From positions 112,034,001 to 112,098,000 of the forward strand of contig OZ024743.1 in NCBI GenBank assembly GCA_964016885.1: 64,000 nucleotides of DNA, written 5' to 3'. Below are positions 13,701-26,889 of the stretch, piece after piece; position 1 is the stretch's first letter, and each line of letters starts with the position of its first letter. A program made the position numbers and the translations under genes. The notes beneath the pieces were generated by a model. That model had not been told where the DNA came from and made no database searches. It saw only the letters and a list, made by a program, of their open reading frames with translations. The stretch is from Eledone cirrhosa (Eukaryota).

Positions 13701-16700
13701 ATTTAACCACAAGTTCAATAATATATGGGTAAGATAAAATTGATTATAGGGACCCCAGTTCTTTATTGATATTATATTTTATCAAGGCGAAAATCACCGT
13801 AACAAGTACCGCAATAGTCTTTGTCTAACTCTCTAACGATTCCGCCAAAATAATTATTTCTAATTGAGGCATATGGCAAAGAATTTGTGCGAAGGTGCAA
13901 GTCGATTGTATCAACCAATGTACATTTAGTGTTACTATATTTATCGAAGCGGGAACGATGAAAAACATTGTTAATCACTGCAGGATTTTAACGCTGAACG
14001 TAAATATCACTGTAAAGCATTTTGTCCGACGTTTTAATTGTACCATTCCACCGCCCTCTGGTATTACACTTTAATAAAATATTGCACTACCATAAATTCC
14101 GAAATTATATTCTGTTCACCCTCACAGATCCTCACACAATACAAGCAACGAACGAATTCTCGAGCACACGAAATAAACAAAACATGAAACAATTTCGGCA
14201 TATATATAAACTTATATATAAGTAATTATGCAATATTGTACGTTTAACTAGAACCATTCTTAGGAAACGTTTTTCGAAAATTCAACTTTAACAGTTATTA
14301 AAAAAAAAGAAAGATTTTAAAAATGTACCAATAGTTATTTTACTCCGGGGTCCTTTACACTGAAGAGTTAATTCAATAGGATATTTTTTTTCTACGTGAC
14401 TATGTGGTAAATAGTTGTCACAGCCATTTCCAGTCATTTGTTGGTTTGACTTGACATCAGCAGATCTGTCCTTTTTTTAGCCATCCCTACACCATACAAT
14501 TCCCCCTAGCCACCACTCCTTCCCTGTTCAGTTGTTGACTACAACTAGCTACTACCACTTACGTAAACTTGTAGAACACACAACGGATAATTTGCATGGA
14601 GGAAAACGGGATCACTTATCAACATGGATTAGCTTAGGGCTGAGCCGGGGGTGCACGATAACAACAACTTGGTTACAGAAATAGACCGCACACTGAAGAA
14701 AATACAATATACCTAGACTACCAGACTGCTTCTCTGATATCTATTAACTACAGAATGTAGGAATATACTATGTGACTTTCAAATGCGACACAAAACAATA
14801 ATAGATTATCTGAAGCAATGATATTTTGGTGTGCACTTAGTCGTTTAGCACAATTTTAGACAGAATGGTTAAGAAATCGTATTCCAATTATGTCTCTTGT
14901 GACTTGGGCAAGTGACATGTGTTATAGCTTCGAGGAAACCCATGCATTCTGACTAAAATTGGGTAGACTGGAACTGCTCAGAAGTTCGTTGGATGGAATG
15001 GACCTGTCCAGATTCGTCGCCCTGTGTATCAAATAAATCGACCTGAAACCTACTGTGATATCGCATGTATCTGTTGAACGCTCATTCTCACATGCTCTCA
15101 AATTTCATGAGCACACGATTCCGTTGACTTAATTACTGGAACGCTCATTTACCTACCGCTTATCTAGACCTACAAACAAAAGGAACATCTACTTATGAAA
15201 CAGCATATTAGATCCTGCATTGCCGCCAATTGTCTCACAAATCACACATTATCGTCTTGGAAATACAAAACTTTGAATAATGTTGTCCTGTGATCACAGC
15301 ACATGGGAAAATAATTTGATTGCCAAGTCTGGAATGTATTTGGTCTGAGGTCTACTTCGTCAGGGTTGCACCGGTTCTAAACAACAAGGTATTCATGAAT
15401 AAACACTAAGAGGAGTCTTACATATTTATTGAGGTTTATTTCATCCTTGACAGTCGTTAGAACGTCGTAAGAAAGATTTGCGCCATATTTCCGGCGGCTC
15501 TCCGCACTCTCTGATTTCAAATCCCACCAAATTCAAATTTGTCTTTCATTCTTTCGAGATCAAAACAATGTACCATCCAAGTACCGGAGTTGCTTTTTCT
15601 CTATATCTTTATCTTCCTTCCCCATTCTCCCTCTCTCTGAAAGATATCGTATACATTGCTCAAAACATGCCGTAATTCACAACCTCACCCCAACGATTCC
15701 ATCTATCCGGATTTATTTGTAAAAGTTTGTTCCTTAATTTAAACTTTACACGCAGGGTATAAAGCAGAACGAAATGATTTACTACACTCTAATAGACAAT
15801 GCCTAATTGACTTGAAACAGATATAGATTGCTTGCAGTTGCACATATCCGGTACCATTATATCAACCCCGCTTTAATTTAATGTTAATCATTGCAAAAAC
15901 ATATATGAATATGTGTAATGGTTAAGATCTGGCAGCTATGAATATATCTATTTGGCAGGTTCCTTTCAAATGATGTTATCTGCTTTTGTACATCTTCTAC
16001 ATAACCCCTAAAAACTTAGTCGAAATAACAGTTCAATGTTGAAAATAAATTAGAAACAAAAACAGTTTTCGTAAATTTTTTATCATAATAGAATTTCTTT
16101 ACGATATTTTTCTTGCATTTTTTCTTCAAGGAAAATTTATTTTAGATTTCAAAAAGTCTTTCATACACTAGCAAGGCAGTTAAAATACAATTTGAAAGCA
16201 GGGAAAATGAGAAGAATACGAAAAGGAATAAACATGGTTTCAATGCAATCTGTTGCTATGACAATATCTCATTTATTTGCTGTTAAATCGCATCTTTACC
16301 AAACTAATTAAATATTTTATGTATCCCCAAAAGGCAGTGGGTACAAAGTTGTAATTCCAGTTGATTGCAATCCGGGAGAAGAAATATAAAGCTGGACGAT
16401 TTAACAACTTCCTTTATAGGTTTAAAAAAGTAGTAGATGTAAATCAGCAAGGTAAATAGTAAAGAAAAATGAGAGAACATTAAAAAAATACGGCGATATG
16501 AATGCGTTGGATTGAATCTAAAAATCCATTCAGTGTAACGAGCTGTTGCCTGCTTGAAAGAAATTATTCTGCTGCCAGAAGCTTTCACAATGCAGAAATT
16601 ATTCTACGCAAAAGCAGGCCAACTATGGGATCACGAGTTTACATTATTTATAAAGACAAAAAATAAATCAAAATAGAATTTTATAAATACAATATAAAAT

Positions 16701-17309
16701 ACAATAAATCTGATGAGAAGGAACTAGATTCTAAAGAGACATAGCATGGTATAGTAATCCCCCCGTTATTTTGGGGGTAATTTTTCTTATATTTTTCTTT
16801 TCTTCATTGTGTCATATTTTTCTTCTTGTTATTTTTTGTTTGCATTATCTGTCGAATGTCAGGTTAAGAATTGAATATGCATGAATTATTTAAGTTGCTG
16901 CAAACAAGAAAACTTTTGTGTTTTGGTCGGTAATAAAATAAATAATGGAATTCTAGAGATTTAATAGACGTTGTAATTCCACAGTCTATAACCATATTGG
17001 TAGACACATAAATATTTCCTTCTTGTAATTTCAGTTTTGGGACACAACAGACGCCTAGATATATTTATACCGAGCACAGTATGTAGATTATACTTACTCT
17101 ACTCCGGAAGGATGGAGTTCAAACTTAATCCCGGCATCATTTGAATTTAAAACGAAAAGGCTGCGTATATGCAGATATAAAAAGATACACAAAATTATAT
17201 ACGTAAACAAAAAAAATATACGTAATTTGCCATGTCTTTAGCGGTTATGTTTTTCAACGTGGCTAGGCTATAAGCTGTTGCGTCCCTAGGCTCATATGCA
17301 TGTTAAATG

Positions 17310-17364
<55 letters not shown>

Positions 17365-17365
17365 T

Positions 17366-17567
17366 GTGAGAAAAACCACAGACCCTCCATCTCAACTCAC
17401 CTTTTGAAAAGCAGAAGAACTGCGAAACCGGTAAAGGAACCAAATAAATATATATATTTAAAAAAAAATAAGACTTCAGTTGCATTTTCGATTTCATCCC
17501 TTTTTCTTTATACTTCCACTCGTGTAGGACACCTCGGTTATTTTTCATTTTGTAAAAAAAACCTCAC

Positions 17568-17574
<7 letters not shown>
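17366..17574 (+). mobile_element. ~210 bp non-coding hammerhead-bearing element inserted in (TA)n, copy 1
   Basis: Nearly identical to 51919-52131. It is flanked by TA tracts and ends ctcactttctaa. Confidence 0.85.
17400..17437 (+). ncRNA. Minimal type I hammerhead ribozyme with U3-A8 variant core
   Basis: cctt-TTGAAAA-gcag aagaa ctgc-GAAA-ccgg-TA-aagg. Stems I and II are perfect and loop 3 is palindromic. Confidence 0.8.
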
Positions 17575-17614
<40 letters not shown>

Positions 17615-17634
17615 TGTGTATGTGAGAATGATTG

Positions 17635-17683
<49 letters not shown>

Positions 17684-19327
17684 GCGAATGTGTTTCAAGT
17701 ATATAATCAACAAAAAATAATAGGATAGAAATTTAAATAACTTTGTATAAATTACGATATATACGGAACATAATAAAGGTTGCAAATGCCTCTCATATAT
17801 GCATATTATAAAAAGTGGAACTTCCAGGATCTATAAGTTCATTTTGAATGATATGTTTATGGTGAAGATTATTGTTTTAATACATGTCTTTATGTGCCGC
17901 TTACGTCCTCTACGAGCCTAGGGACGCAACAGCTTATATAACCTTGCACGTTGAAAAACATAACCGCTAAAGACATGGCAGATTACGTATATGTTTGTGT
18001 ATCTTTATGTGTGCATATACGCAGCCTTTTCGTTTTTAATTCAAGTGATGCCGGGGTTAAGTTTGAACTCCATCCTTCCGGGGTAGAGTAAGTATAATCT
18101 ACATACTGTGCTCGGTATATACGACATTCCCTGCCCACTAAATTGCTTTCGTTTTACCGATATTGGAAACCATGTGATATTACTGATTGATCAGTGCTTA
18201 GGAAGATTGTTACAGTGTCGAATAAAATGTTTTCCAGCCTTTGTTGCGGATCTTTGCATTCTGAGTTCAGATCCCACCGAGATCAATTTTTCTTTCATCA
18301 TTCTAGGGTGGATGAGAGAAAATATCAGTGAAATACTAGAGTCTATATAATCGAGGTTCTCCTTCTGTTATATTGTTAACCCTGTGTCGAAATTAGAAAT
18401 TATTACGTTTCTATAAATTTGTTGCCTCGGTCTTCTTTGAAAATATATAGAATATGTCATTCTTTCTGTTAAAATTATTGATAGCGTTGAACACTTGTCG
18501 AGCACTTGCATACTTTTCATTGATTTATTGTAATACCCTTTGCAGACGGCCAAATTATGGAGTCTAGATTGTCACGACAAGTATGTTGTGAGCGGAGAGA
18601 TAAACTGACATTGGTGTTGTAGTCGTTGGTGTATAACATATATTTTTAGAGTTGCAAGCTACTAATTTAGTGTTTCCTCCGAGTTAAAAAAAAGCAACAA
18701 AAAACATTATATTTGACATTCTTGTGTAAATATCACTTGTCTATATATGCGAGGTGGTTAAACTCTTCGATGTCAGGTTTTATGCTGCCTGGACACTGTT
18801 ATCCGTTGTTTACCATCCTACACATAAAATTTGGATTCATGAAATTGCAATTCAATCAAGCAGGATTATTGTACGATAAGAGTCAATTACATTTTGATAT
18901 ACTTGCCTTTTGTAACACAAATAATACATGAGATGATTTTAGATTTCCTAGAAGCAATATCTTGTAACAAGATTATGGGTTTCACAACAAAACACAAACA
19001 CAGATGAATAGCTGTCACACAGCATTGTATACCCTCATATTTAATTGGATTCTTCAGAGGGAATTTCTGCACTTTGCTTTGATTGGCTCCTCAATAGCAA
19101 TTACTATCTATCCTGCGCCATTGTATCATGGAAAACATTTGATAATCCATTTATTTATTGTGGTATTGGAATGTGTTTCTGTGAGTTGCGCCTTACAACA
19201 GATATGATAGTACACTTACGTTCCTTTTGTTGACCATTTTGAAAATAATTAGCAGTTTCATACAAATACACATGTCCCTCTCTTCTCCACTTCATTTGTA
19301 ACATATATTTCAGATATATATCCTAAT

Positions 19328-19474
19328 GTAGGAAACAGCCTGCAAACTATATCTGATGACATACTGTACATAGGTACAGCTAATTATGTTACATAATTGC
19401 GGGGCGTATATATAGTCTGGAACTAGCTACTGAAACGGCAAGAGCTCAGCCGTCGGGCTCCTACTCTTTCTAAT
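19328..19474 (+). ncRNA. Hammerhead-like, possibly nested, structure in a TA-flanked element
   Basis: CTGATGA at 19353 is closed by actatat/atatagt. GAAA-cggc(9 nt loop)gccg-TC lies at 19432-19454, and its 3' arm gggctcctac pairs with gtagg..agcc at 19328-19340. The element ends ctttctaa+(TA)n. Confidence 0.5.
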
Positions 19475-20845
19475 ATATATATATATATATGCGTGTATGT
19501 ATGTATATATATATATGAGACGTACAGGTGTCTATCCGTTTGTGTATGGGTATGTGTTTGTCATTGTGTGTGTATGTACGTATGCATGGGTGCGTTTTTG
19601 TTTAGCTGTAACTGTGCGAGGGAGTGTGTGTGAGTGTGTGTGTGAATGCGTGGGTGTCTATGTATGTATATATGTATGCATGAGTGTGTGTTTGTGTATA
19701 TGTGTATATGTGTGTGTGTCTGTGTGTTATACAGTATGTACCGGCAGGAACGCAAGCTATGATGTGGCAATTCTCAATTTGGTTCGTTTAACATATGGAA
19801 GAAGCGGGATGAGTTGGGGGAAACTAATTGAGATTTCATCAATTCTAACGTATCCTTACAACGATGTGATAAAAAGACAATTTAGCTATACTGTTATGCT
19901 GGGAAAATAAACGATGGGATGTTCTTAGCTAGAACGCCATTGTTCATCTATCTGATCAAGTAAAGAGAATCTGGGAGCTAAACAATGTTGATCGGTTTGA
20001 GAGAGTCAAAAGTTTGTTGGATGTTTGTTTGGGTCTCTGCATCCTGAGTACACGTCCAGACAATGTTTCTTCTGTCTTCCATTCTTTCAGGTTAGATTAA
20101 GAAAATAGCAAACTATTACTGAGGCAGCCCTCCCATCGTCCAGCTGTTATATCCTGAACGATCCACTGCATCAAGCGAGACAGGGTCCAGATGGTCTCTG
20201 TGTCTACTCCCGACTGTATATGCAACTGAAAGAAAAGGACTGCCAATTCCTCCTCGGGGGTGACCGCCGACCGTAGAGAGCGAAGCAACAACAAAAATAA
20301 GAACAAGCGATTTCCTTATCCGAGTATACAACAGTGTCTGAATCAGCCATGAGTTCCACCCATAGTTTTCCAAAATAATTAGACTGAGCCAGGGTTAAAA
20401 ACCACAACAACAACGCCAATAGCAACCGAAACAATGATAATGACAACAACAACAACAACAATATTAAAAACAACAATAACAATAACAATAACTAACACAA
20501 AAGACAAGTTTGACTATAAAGAATTATAAATGTGTGCATATTAAATGAGGAGAACTTTCTACAAAATCATGCATAATATATCAAAGAATTTTGGTTTTAA
20601 GTATCCCTCTATGTTTTATTAGTATTTATGTTTATATCTGTATTTGTTTCGGTTGCTTAAATATTTCTCTATTTTTAATTTATCAGGTTATATATTCAAT
20701 ATTTATTAGATTATTTTTAATATACTTATAACTTTCTTTTTTCTTTTTCAATGATGAAGTCTACGATGAATATATAAGTATATTGGAAAGCGATCGAATA
20801 TTTGTGGGAGTATGGCTCTGAGCATATGTGCGCACACACATACAT

Positions 20846-20915
<70 letters not shown>

Positions 20916-20952
20916 GCGTGTTATGTATGCATATATTTATATAAATATATAA

Positions 20953-20992
<40 letters not shown>

Positions 20993-21289
20993 CACTTTCC
21001 CACGTATATATATGTATATATACACACACACACATATATATATACACACACACATACATAAATACACACATGCATACATACATATATAGATACATACATA
21101 CATACATTCATACATAGACATACAAACACATACATTCATACATGCTTACATATAAACACATACAGACAGATACAAACTTCGCTACATGTAAAAATATTAA
21201 TTCAAATTTTTCTTAATAAAATTTCTAAGAGAATACCAGAATCACACCATAATATGAATGGGAATATATGTTGTTTTTGAGAGTACAAT

Positions 21290-21402
<113 letters not shown>

Positions 21403-22087
21403 ATAAACTTCTGTCGGTTTTGATGGTGAGTGTACCAGTTGTTCGAATTACGGAACAACTAGCTCTTAAATTTATTGTCTGAATAGCAGAGCATTCCACA
21501 GACACGTGTAACTTTACCGTATTTTGCGTTGAAATTTAGTGCAATCTGGTGACAAGACTACGCCTTTGAATTACAGGGACAGTCCATCCCACATAATTCG
21601 AAAATGATTCGTCTGTCCAGTTTCCCTCACAAGGCCTCTGTAGAACCATGGCACTGGTAAATAACACTTGCGCCAGATAACACGAGGTGGGATCAAACTC
21701 GAGGCCTAATGATTGCAAAATAGAATTTTCAAACATTTGGCCATGCTGCATACACGCGTTGCATGTCAGGTTGACATGGCACGGACTTGTATATTCTTGG
21801 AGAGCGGAAGGAGCGGTGAATATACTAAATATTGCTGACCAATAGCCCCTCAATGAAAAGGTGCTTACATTTCCGAACAGAGAGAATTCAAAAATATTGT
21901 TATTAGTACAACAATTTAGATATGTTGTACAAAAATATACAGAGCGTATAATCCGTTAGCATTACGAAATGTTACTGACTGGACATAGGCTGCCCCTGAA
22001 TCAAATTCGCCAATTTTATTTTTTGTTTTATGTCTTCATGTACCCAGCTTGTGTTTGCCATGATTCTGTTATGACTGTTATCCAATG

Positions 22088-22244
22088 AACCTGATGATGT
22101 CGCTGGAAGTCTACTGGTCATTGAAATATGTATAGTGTCTGCAAAAATAAAAACTTTAAAGGAATTTCAACTTTCCAGACTACCGTTACTAATAAAGTAA
22201 CAGGAGGCCGGAAAGTTGAAATTCCTTTAAAGTAATTTTTAGCA
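22088..22244 (+). ncRNA. Degenerate hammerhead followed by a hairpin with 24 bp perfect arms
   Basis: CTGATGA (22091)...catt-GAAA-tatgta-TA-gt resembles the 7.2 kb and 38.4 kb ribozymes. 22153-22176 is the reverse complement of 22210-22233. Confidence 0.55.
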
Positions 22245-22398
22245 CCATTCACGCACCACCAGCAGAATCTTGCACCATAGATGATTGAGATGTGTTATGT
22301 TGAGTGCTTTTCCCTACTATTTCATGTTGGTTAACTATACGGAATGACGAGTTCTATCTAGTGGTGAATCTAGTGGTGAATCGCCAACTTCAATGAAC

Positions 22399-22431
<33 letters not shown>

Positions 22432-22439
22432 TATATGTA

Positions 22440-22660
22440 TGTCAAAGGGAAACAGAAATAACAACACAATCGGTACAGTATATGGAAGGTATATATTAGA
22501 TTAACGCTTGGAATAGCAGGAAGGGGGTCTTAACGTTTGGGACGCTCGTCTTTCACCAGAAGAAAGAATGAGAAATAAAATAGATTAAGTGGACGGGCGG
22601 GATGGAATAGAAAAAATGTATTTAGATAAAAATAGGTCCATTCATGTTGACATCTCTTGC
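22440..22660 (-). mobile_element. Short TA-flanked element with a decayed hammerhead (22528-22563)
   Basis: Minus strand reads tctt-CTGGTGA-aagacg ag cgtcc-CAAA-cg-TT-aaga. Its 3' tail tatactgtaccgattgtgttgttatttctgttt recurs at ~38095-38127. Confidence 0.55.
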
Positions 22661-22662
22661 AA

Positions 22663-22817
<155 letters not shown>

Positions 22818-23539
22818 GCAAAACGTCAGTAATTTGGGGAATGAGGTAAGTTATATAACAGCTAAAACCTCTCTGGTACTTTTTTATCCACCCTTGAAGG
22901 AAGAAGGGGAAGGTTGACCGTATCAGGAATTGAACTCAGAACAGAATACTGGAATGAATTATATAAAGCATATTATCAGACGCTGAACTGGTACTGCCAA
23001 TTCACTGTCGTAACCATACCACAACACTAAATAAAGAGAGGACATTTTTGACATCGGCAAGATTTGAAAAAATAACATAGAAAGTCGTTATTAGATACCA
23101 CATATGTTTTCAGAAGACAGCATTTGTGTTTTATCATCGAAGTATAAACAGTTGCTAAGGATGGAGGAATAATTTTGACATTTTGACAACTAAACTGAGT
23201 ATAACATTATAGTTCCGATAGCTACCTGACATATCGTGTTAAAGTTTGGTAAATTGCGTAATTAACTAGAATATTTAGTGATCAGGGAACATGAAATTTT
23301 ACATCATAAGCCACTCATACGTTAGTCAACACAAAATGATCACATTTCCAGACATATAATAGAATGATAGTTATATATGGGCTGATCGCTTTTAGATGTT
23401 CTATATTAAGCGCCGAAACATCTTGATCTCGGGTTACAGCTGATCAAGGGTTTATTTTCTTCTCTTGTTTCCTCCATACTTAAACTTCGTTTACAGTAAC
23501 CACACAGCTCTTTTAATTTCTTATCATTATATATATATA

Positions 23540-23649
<110 letters not shown>

Positions 23650-23651
23650 AT

Positions 23652-24372
23652 AAAGTAAGTAGTGTTTCAGTGTTCTAACCGATTCCATGTTCTATATATT
23701 TGTATAGAAGATATCTAAATTGTTGTACCTATAACTATATCTTGGGAATTCCTTCTGTTCAGAAATGTTACCGTTTTTACATTGACGGGGTATTGGTCAG
23801 ATATCGATATATTTTTTATATACGGATAATTTTATTATATTCACTCAAATGTTCAAATATATAAGTTGAGTGCTTCACGGTCGGTGTGGAGCTATATTTA
23901 GCATTCACCTCTGCCTTCCACTGTCCATGATTGTAGCGGTTCATGTCAGGGTGCCATATCTGCAAAACGAGTTTGACTCTTGTCTCAGACATAATAATGA
24001 ACAGTTGATGTATTTTATATTTACTCAATTAATTAATTGATTAACTAATTGATTGATTTATTAAGATTGGCCCACTGACGAAAGATATTATCTAATTCGT
24101 AGTAATTTTACATTTAATTGTACTGATTTTTTCATTTCTTCGGAACTAGAAACATCGGTTGTCAGGGCATATAATAGAACTCTTTATTGCTAATATAAGG
24201 TAAGTAATATTTCACTGTTCTCACAGATTATATGTTCAGGATGTTTTTGGTATATGGTATCTAAATTGTTATGCGAATTACAATATTATGTGAGTTCCCT
24301 CTGTTTGGAAATGTTAACGTATTTACAATGAGGGAGTAGCGAGCCGCTATACTTTTATATACCAACATTTTC

Positions 24373-24375
<3 letters not shown>
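23652..24375 (+). mobile_element. Old non-autonomous PLE-like element: repeat - spacer - hammerhead - repeat
   Basis: Diverged direct repeats ~23652-23825 and ~24198-24363, with a hammerhead just upstream of the second copy. Confidence 0.6.
24070..24168 (+). ncRNA. Type I hammerhead ribozyme with long stem/loop II
   Basis: gccc(a)-CTGACGA-aaga...tctt cggaacta-GAAA-ca tcggt tg-TC-(a)gggc. Confidence 0.65.
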
Positions 24376-24452
<77 letters not shown>

Positions 24453-24461
<9 letters not shown>

Positions 24462-25190
24462 GACGTAAATAAGAAAGTTATGAAAATTGACTTACCTACT
24501 AAAGTAAGTAAGTCAATTTTCATAACTTTCTTATTTACGTTTTTCATATAATTGTTCTGCATCCCCTTGCATAGAACCACAAAGTTTCTAAGACAAAACA
24601 TATATATTTGCTAACATAGGTATGCATCTGTATACATTTGTTGGTAGATATACTAATTCTTTATAATTATCTCCAAATTATTTGTTGAGCCAAACTTGCC
24701 GAAATTACTACTGTGATTAATAGTAGTGGCTAGGCTCTGTCTTAATAGCACTCCCACTCCTAGCTGATTAACCTCAGTGTCACGTGATTGATTCTTTTGA
24801 ATTTGCCACTTGACCAAGTAGGCAGTGAATTTCTCAATGTCTTGGAATCTAGTCCCCGCTCGCTTTTTTCCATCCACTGAATTATTTTTATATAAGTTCC
24901 CAGTGTCCCCGCATTGCCTGGAAGCTTAGCTGAGAATAGACTACCTGATGACGTAAGGCTTCTCTATGGTAACGCTCCGTAACCATATTTATCCCCTTAC
25001 AGAAACTAATTAGTTGGAGTGAAACTTTAGTAAGTAAGTCAATTTTCATAACTTTCTTATTTACGTCTTTCATATAATTGTTCTGCATCCCCTTGCATAG
25101 AACCACAAAGTTACTAAGAAAAAACATATATATTTGCTAACATAGGTATGCATCTGTATACATATGTTGATAGATATAGTAATTCTTTAT
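24453..25190 (+). mobile_element. Non-autonomous PLE-like element: inverted copy + repeat - spacer - hammerhead - repeat
   Basis: Direct repeats 24503-24664 and 25029-25190, a hairpin at 24453-24550, TA tracts on both sides and no ORF. Confidence 0.8.
24940..25020 (+). ncRNA. Type I hammerhead ribozyme
   Basis: actac-CTGATGA-c gtaagg..tatggt.acg ctc cgt.accata..ccttac a-GAAA-ctaattag (palindrome)-TT-ggagt. Confidence 0.8.
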
Positions 25191-26562
25191 ATATATATAT
25201 ATATACAGATAGATAGATAACTTTCTTTTTTTTTTTTTACACCACCCACATACAGATAGATATATAGATAGATAGATATAGAAACATATATATATATATA
25301 CGTATGACCATACGTATAACCACACATACACACACACGCACATATGTATATATACGCAAGTGTTAGTGTGCGAGTGTGAGCGTTTGAACATGTATATTAT
25401 GTATATATATACACAAACGACTGATGAATAGGAGAGGTGGATAGATAGGAGTAGATATAAATAGATACATAGATATTTAAACATTAAAATTTACACAAAT
25501 TGCTGATATAGTAACGCTTGATACCCAATATTCTCTCATCCCATATTCGTTTTGTTTCGATGTATTTATTTTTAGATATTTTTTTGCCAAAAAATGCTGG
25601 TATATATTTGAGTGTGGAACCATTAATATAATGTCTGCAGCTGTTTCCATACATGCAATAGCCATAGGCTTAAAAATTGCATCGACAAACGCCATCAGTT
25701 TATGTATCATATCTGCTCATATTCCATATTTGTGACGTTCTTTAACATTGAAAATACGCATAGCTATTGGATGATACGCCTCATTGATCAAAATCTCTAA
25801 AATCTCTAAAAACAACAACAAATTCTAGTACTACAACAACAGCAACAGCAAAGAATAACACCACAACAAACATCACGACCACATCTACATATTCGCAAGA
25901 AAAAGGCACATTCATATAAGTATTTACGCTCACATATATATACTTAGAGATATAGATTCATTACTTTAAACAATTACAAAAACATCCCCACGTATATACA
26001 AAATATGCCTCTAGCGACCATATTTCATTTCCACATACGTTCATTTCAACATTGCGTCATTTGCAAATCTCTTCGCTTCCTGGGTTGTTTAGATGCTTTT
26101 AAAATCTCTGATATTACAACAAAAGATGCTACATTCAGTTTTTCTTTCCCCATATACACACCACCCATCCTAAGAGAATATGATACATCAGCTATTGTTC
26201 CTTGGTAAAATTATTTTATTTTACTTACATTTTATATATTTCTTAAATAATTATTTTCATTCTTGCCTGAAATATTTTAGGGATTATATTTGTGTTTTGG
26301 GGCACTTTCTTGACTTTGTTTGTTTTTTTTAGCTATATATTGTGTTTTTTGTGTGTATTCTTTTATTCTCCTGTTCACATTTCTAGATTTATCCCGACCA
26401 ATATTCCTACGTATACATGTACGGGCGTATGAAAGTTTCTCTGCACTGATAGATCCGAACATACATGCATACGCTTACGTATAGACACAAAATACATATA
26501 CAGTTATAAACACCCTCACTCACTCGCGCAAAGATTATATACACACACATATATATATATAC

Positions 26563-26656
<94 letters not shown>

Positions 26657-26775
26657 TTATGCTACAATATTTTCTATACCTTTCATTTATATATATATAT
26701 GTGTGTGTGTGTGTGTGAGTGTGTGTGTAAGGTAAAAACTACAGTAAATACACATACAGTACGCCATGATATATA

Positions 26776-26889
<114 letters not shown>

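Larger units (their letters stand above)
17066..18119. repeat. ~210-230 bp inverted duplication (arms 17066-17293 and 17914-18119)
   Basis: The arms are reverse complements with few mismatches and include an old degenerate SINE fragment. Confidence 0.9.

Noticed and set aside
16710-16755. CTGATGA followed by gaga catagcatg
   Set aside because: GAAA is absent and the stems are inconsistent.
23378-23435. ctgat-cgctt...aagcg-ccGAAAcatcttg relic (similarly 56130-56180 and 49521-49550)
   Set aside because: The cores need multiple mutations or deletions; they may be old relics but are not supportable.
25477-25790. Non-repetitive minus-strand ORF MIHKLMAFV...
   Set aside because: No recognisable motif or splice signals, and a stop lies immediately upstream.
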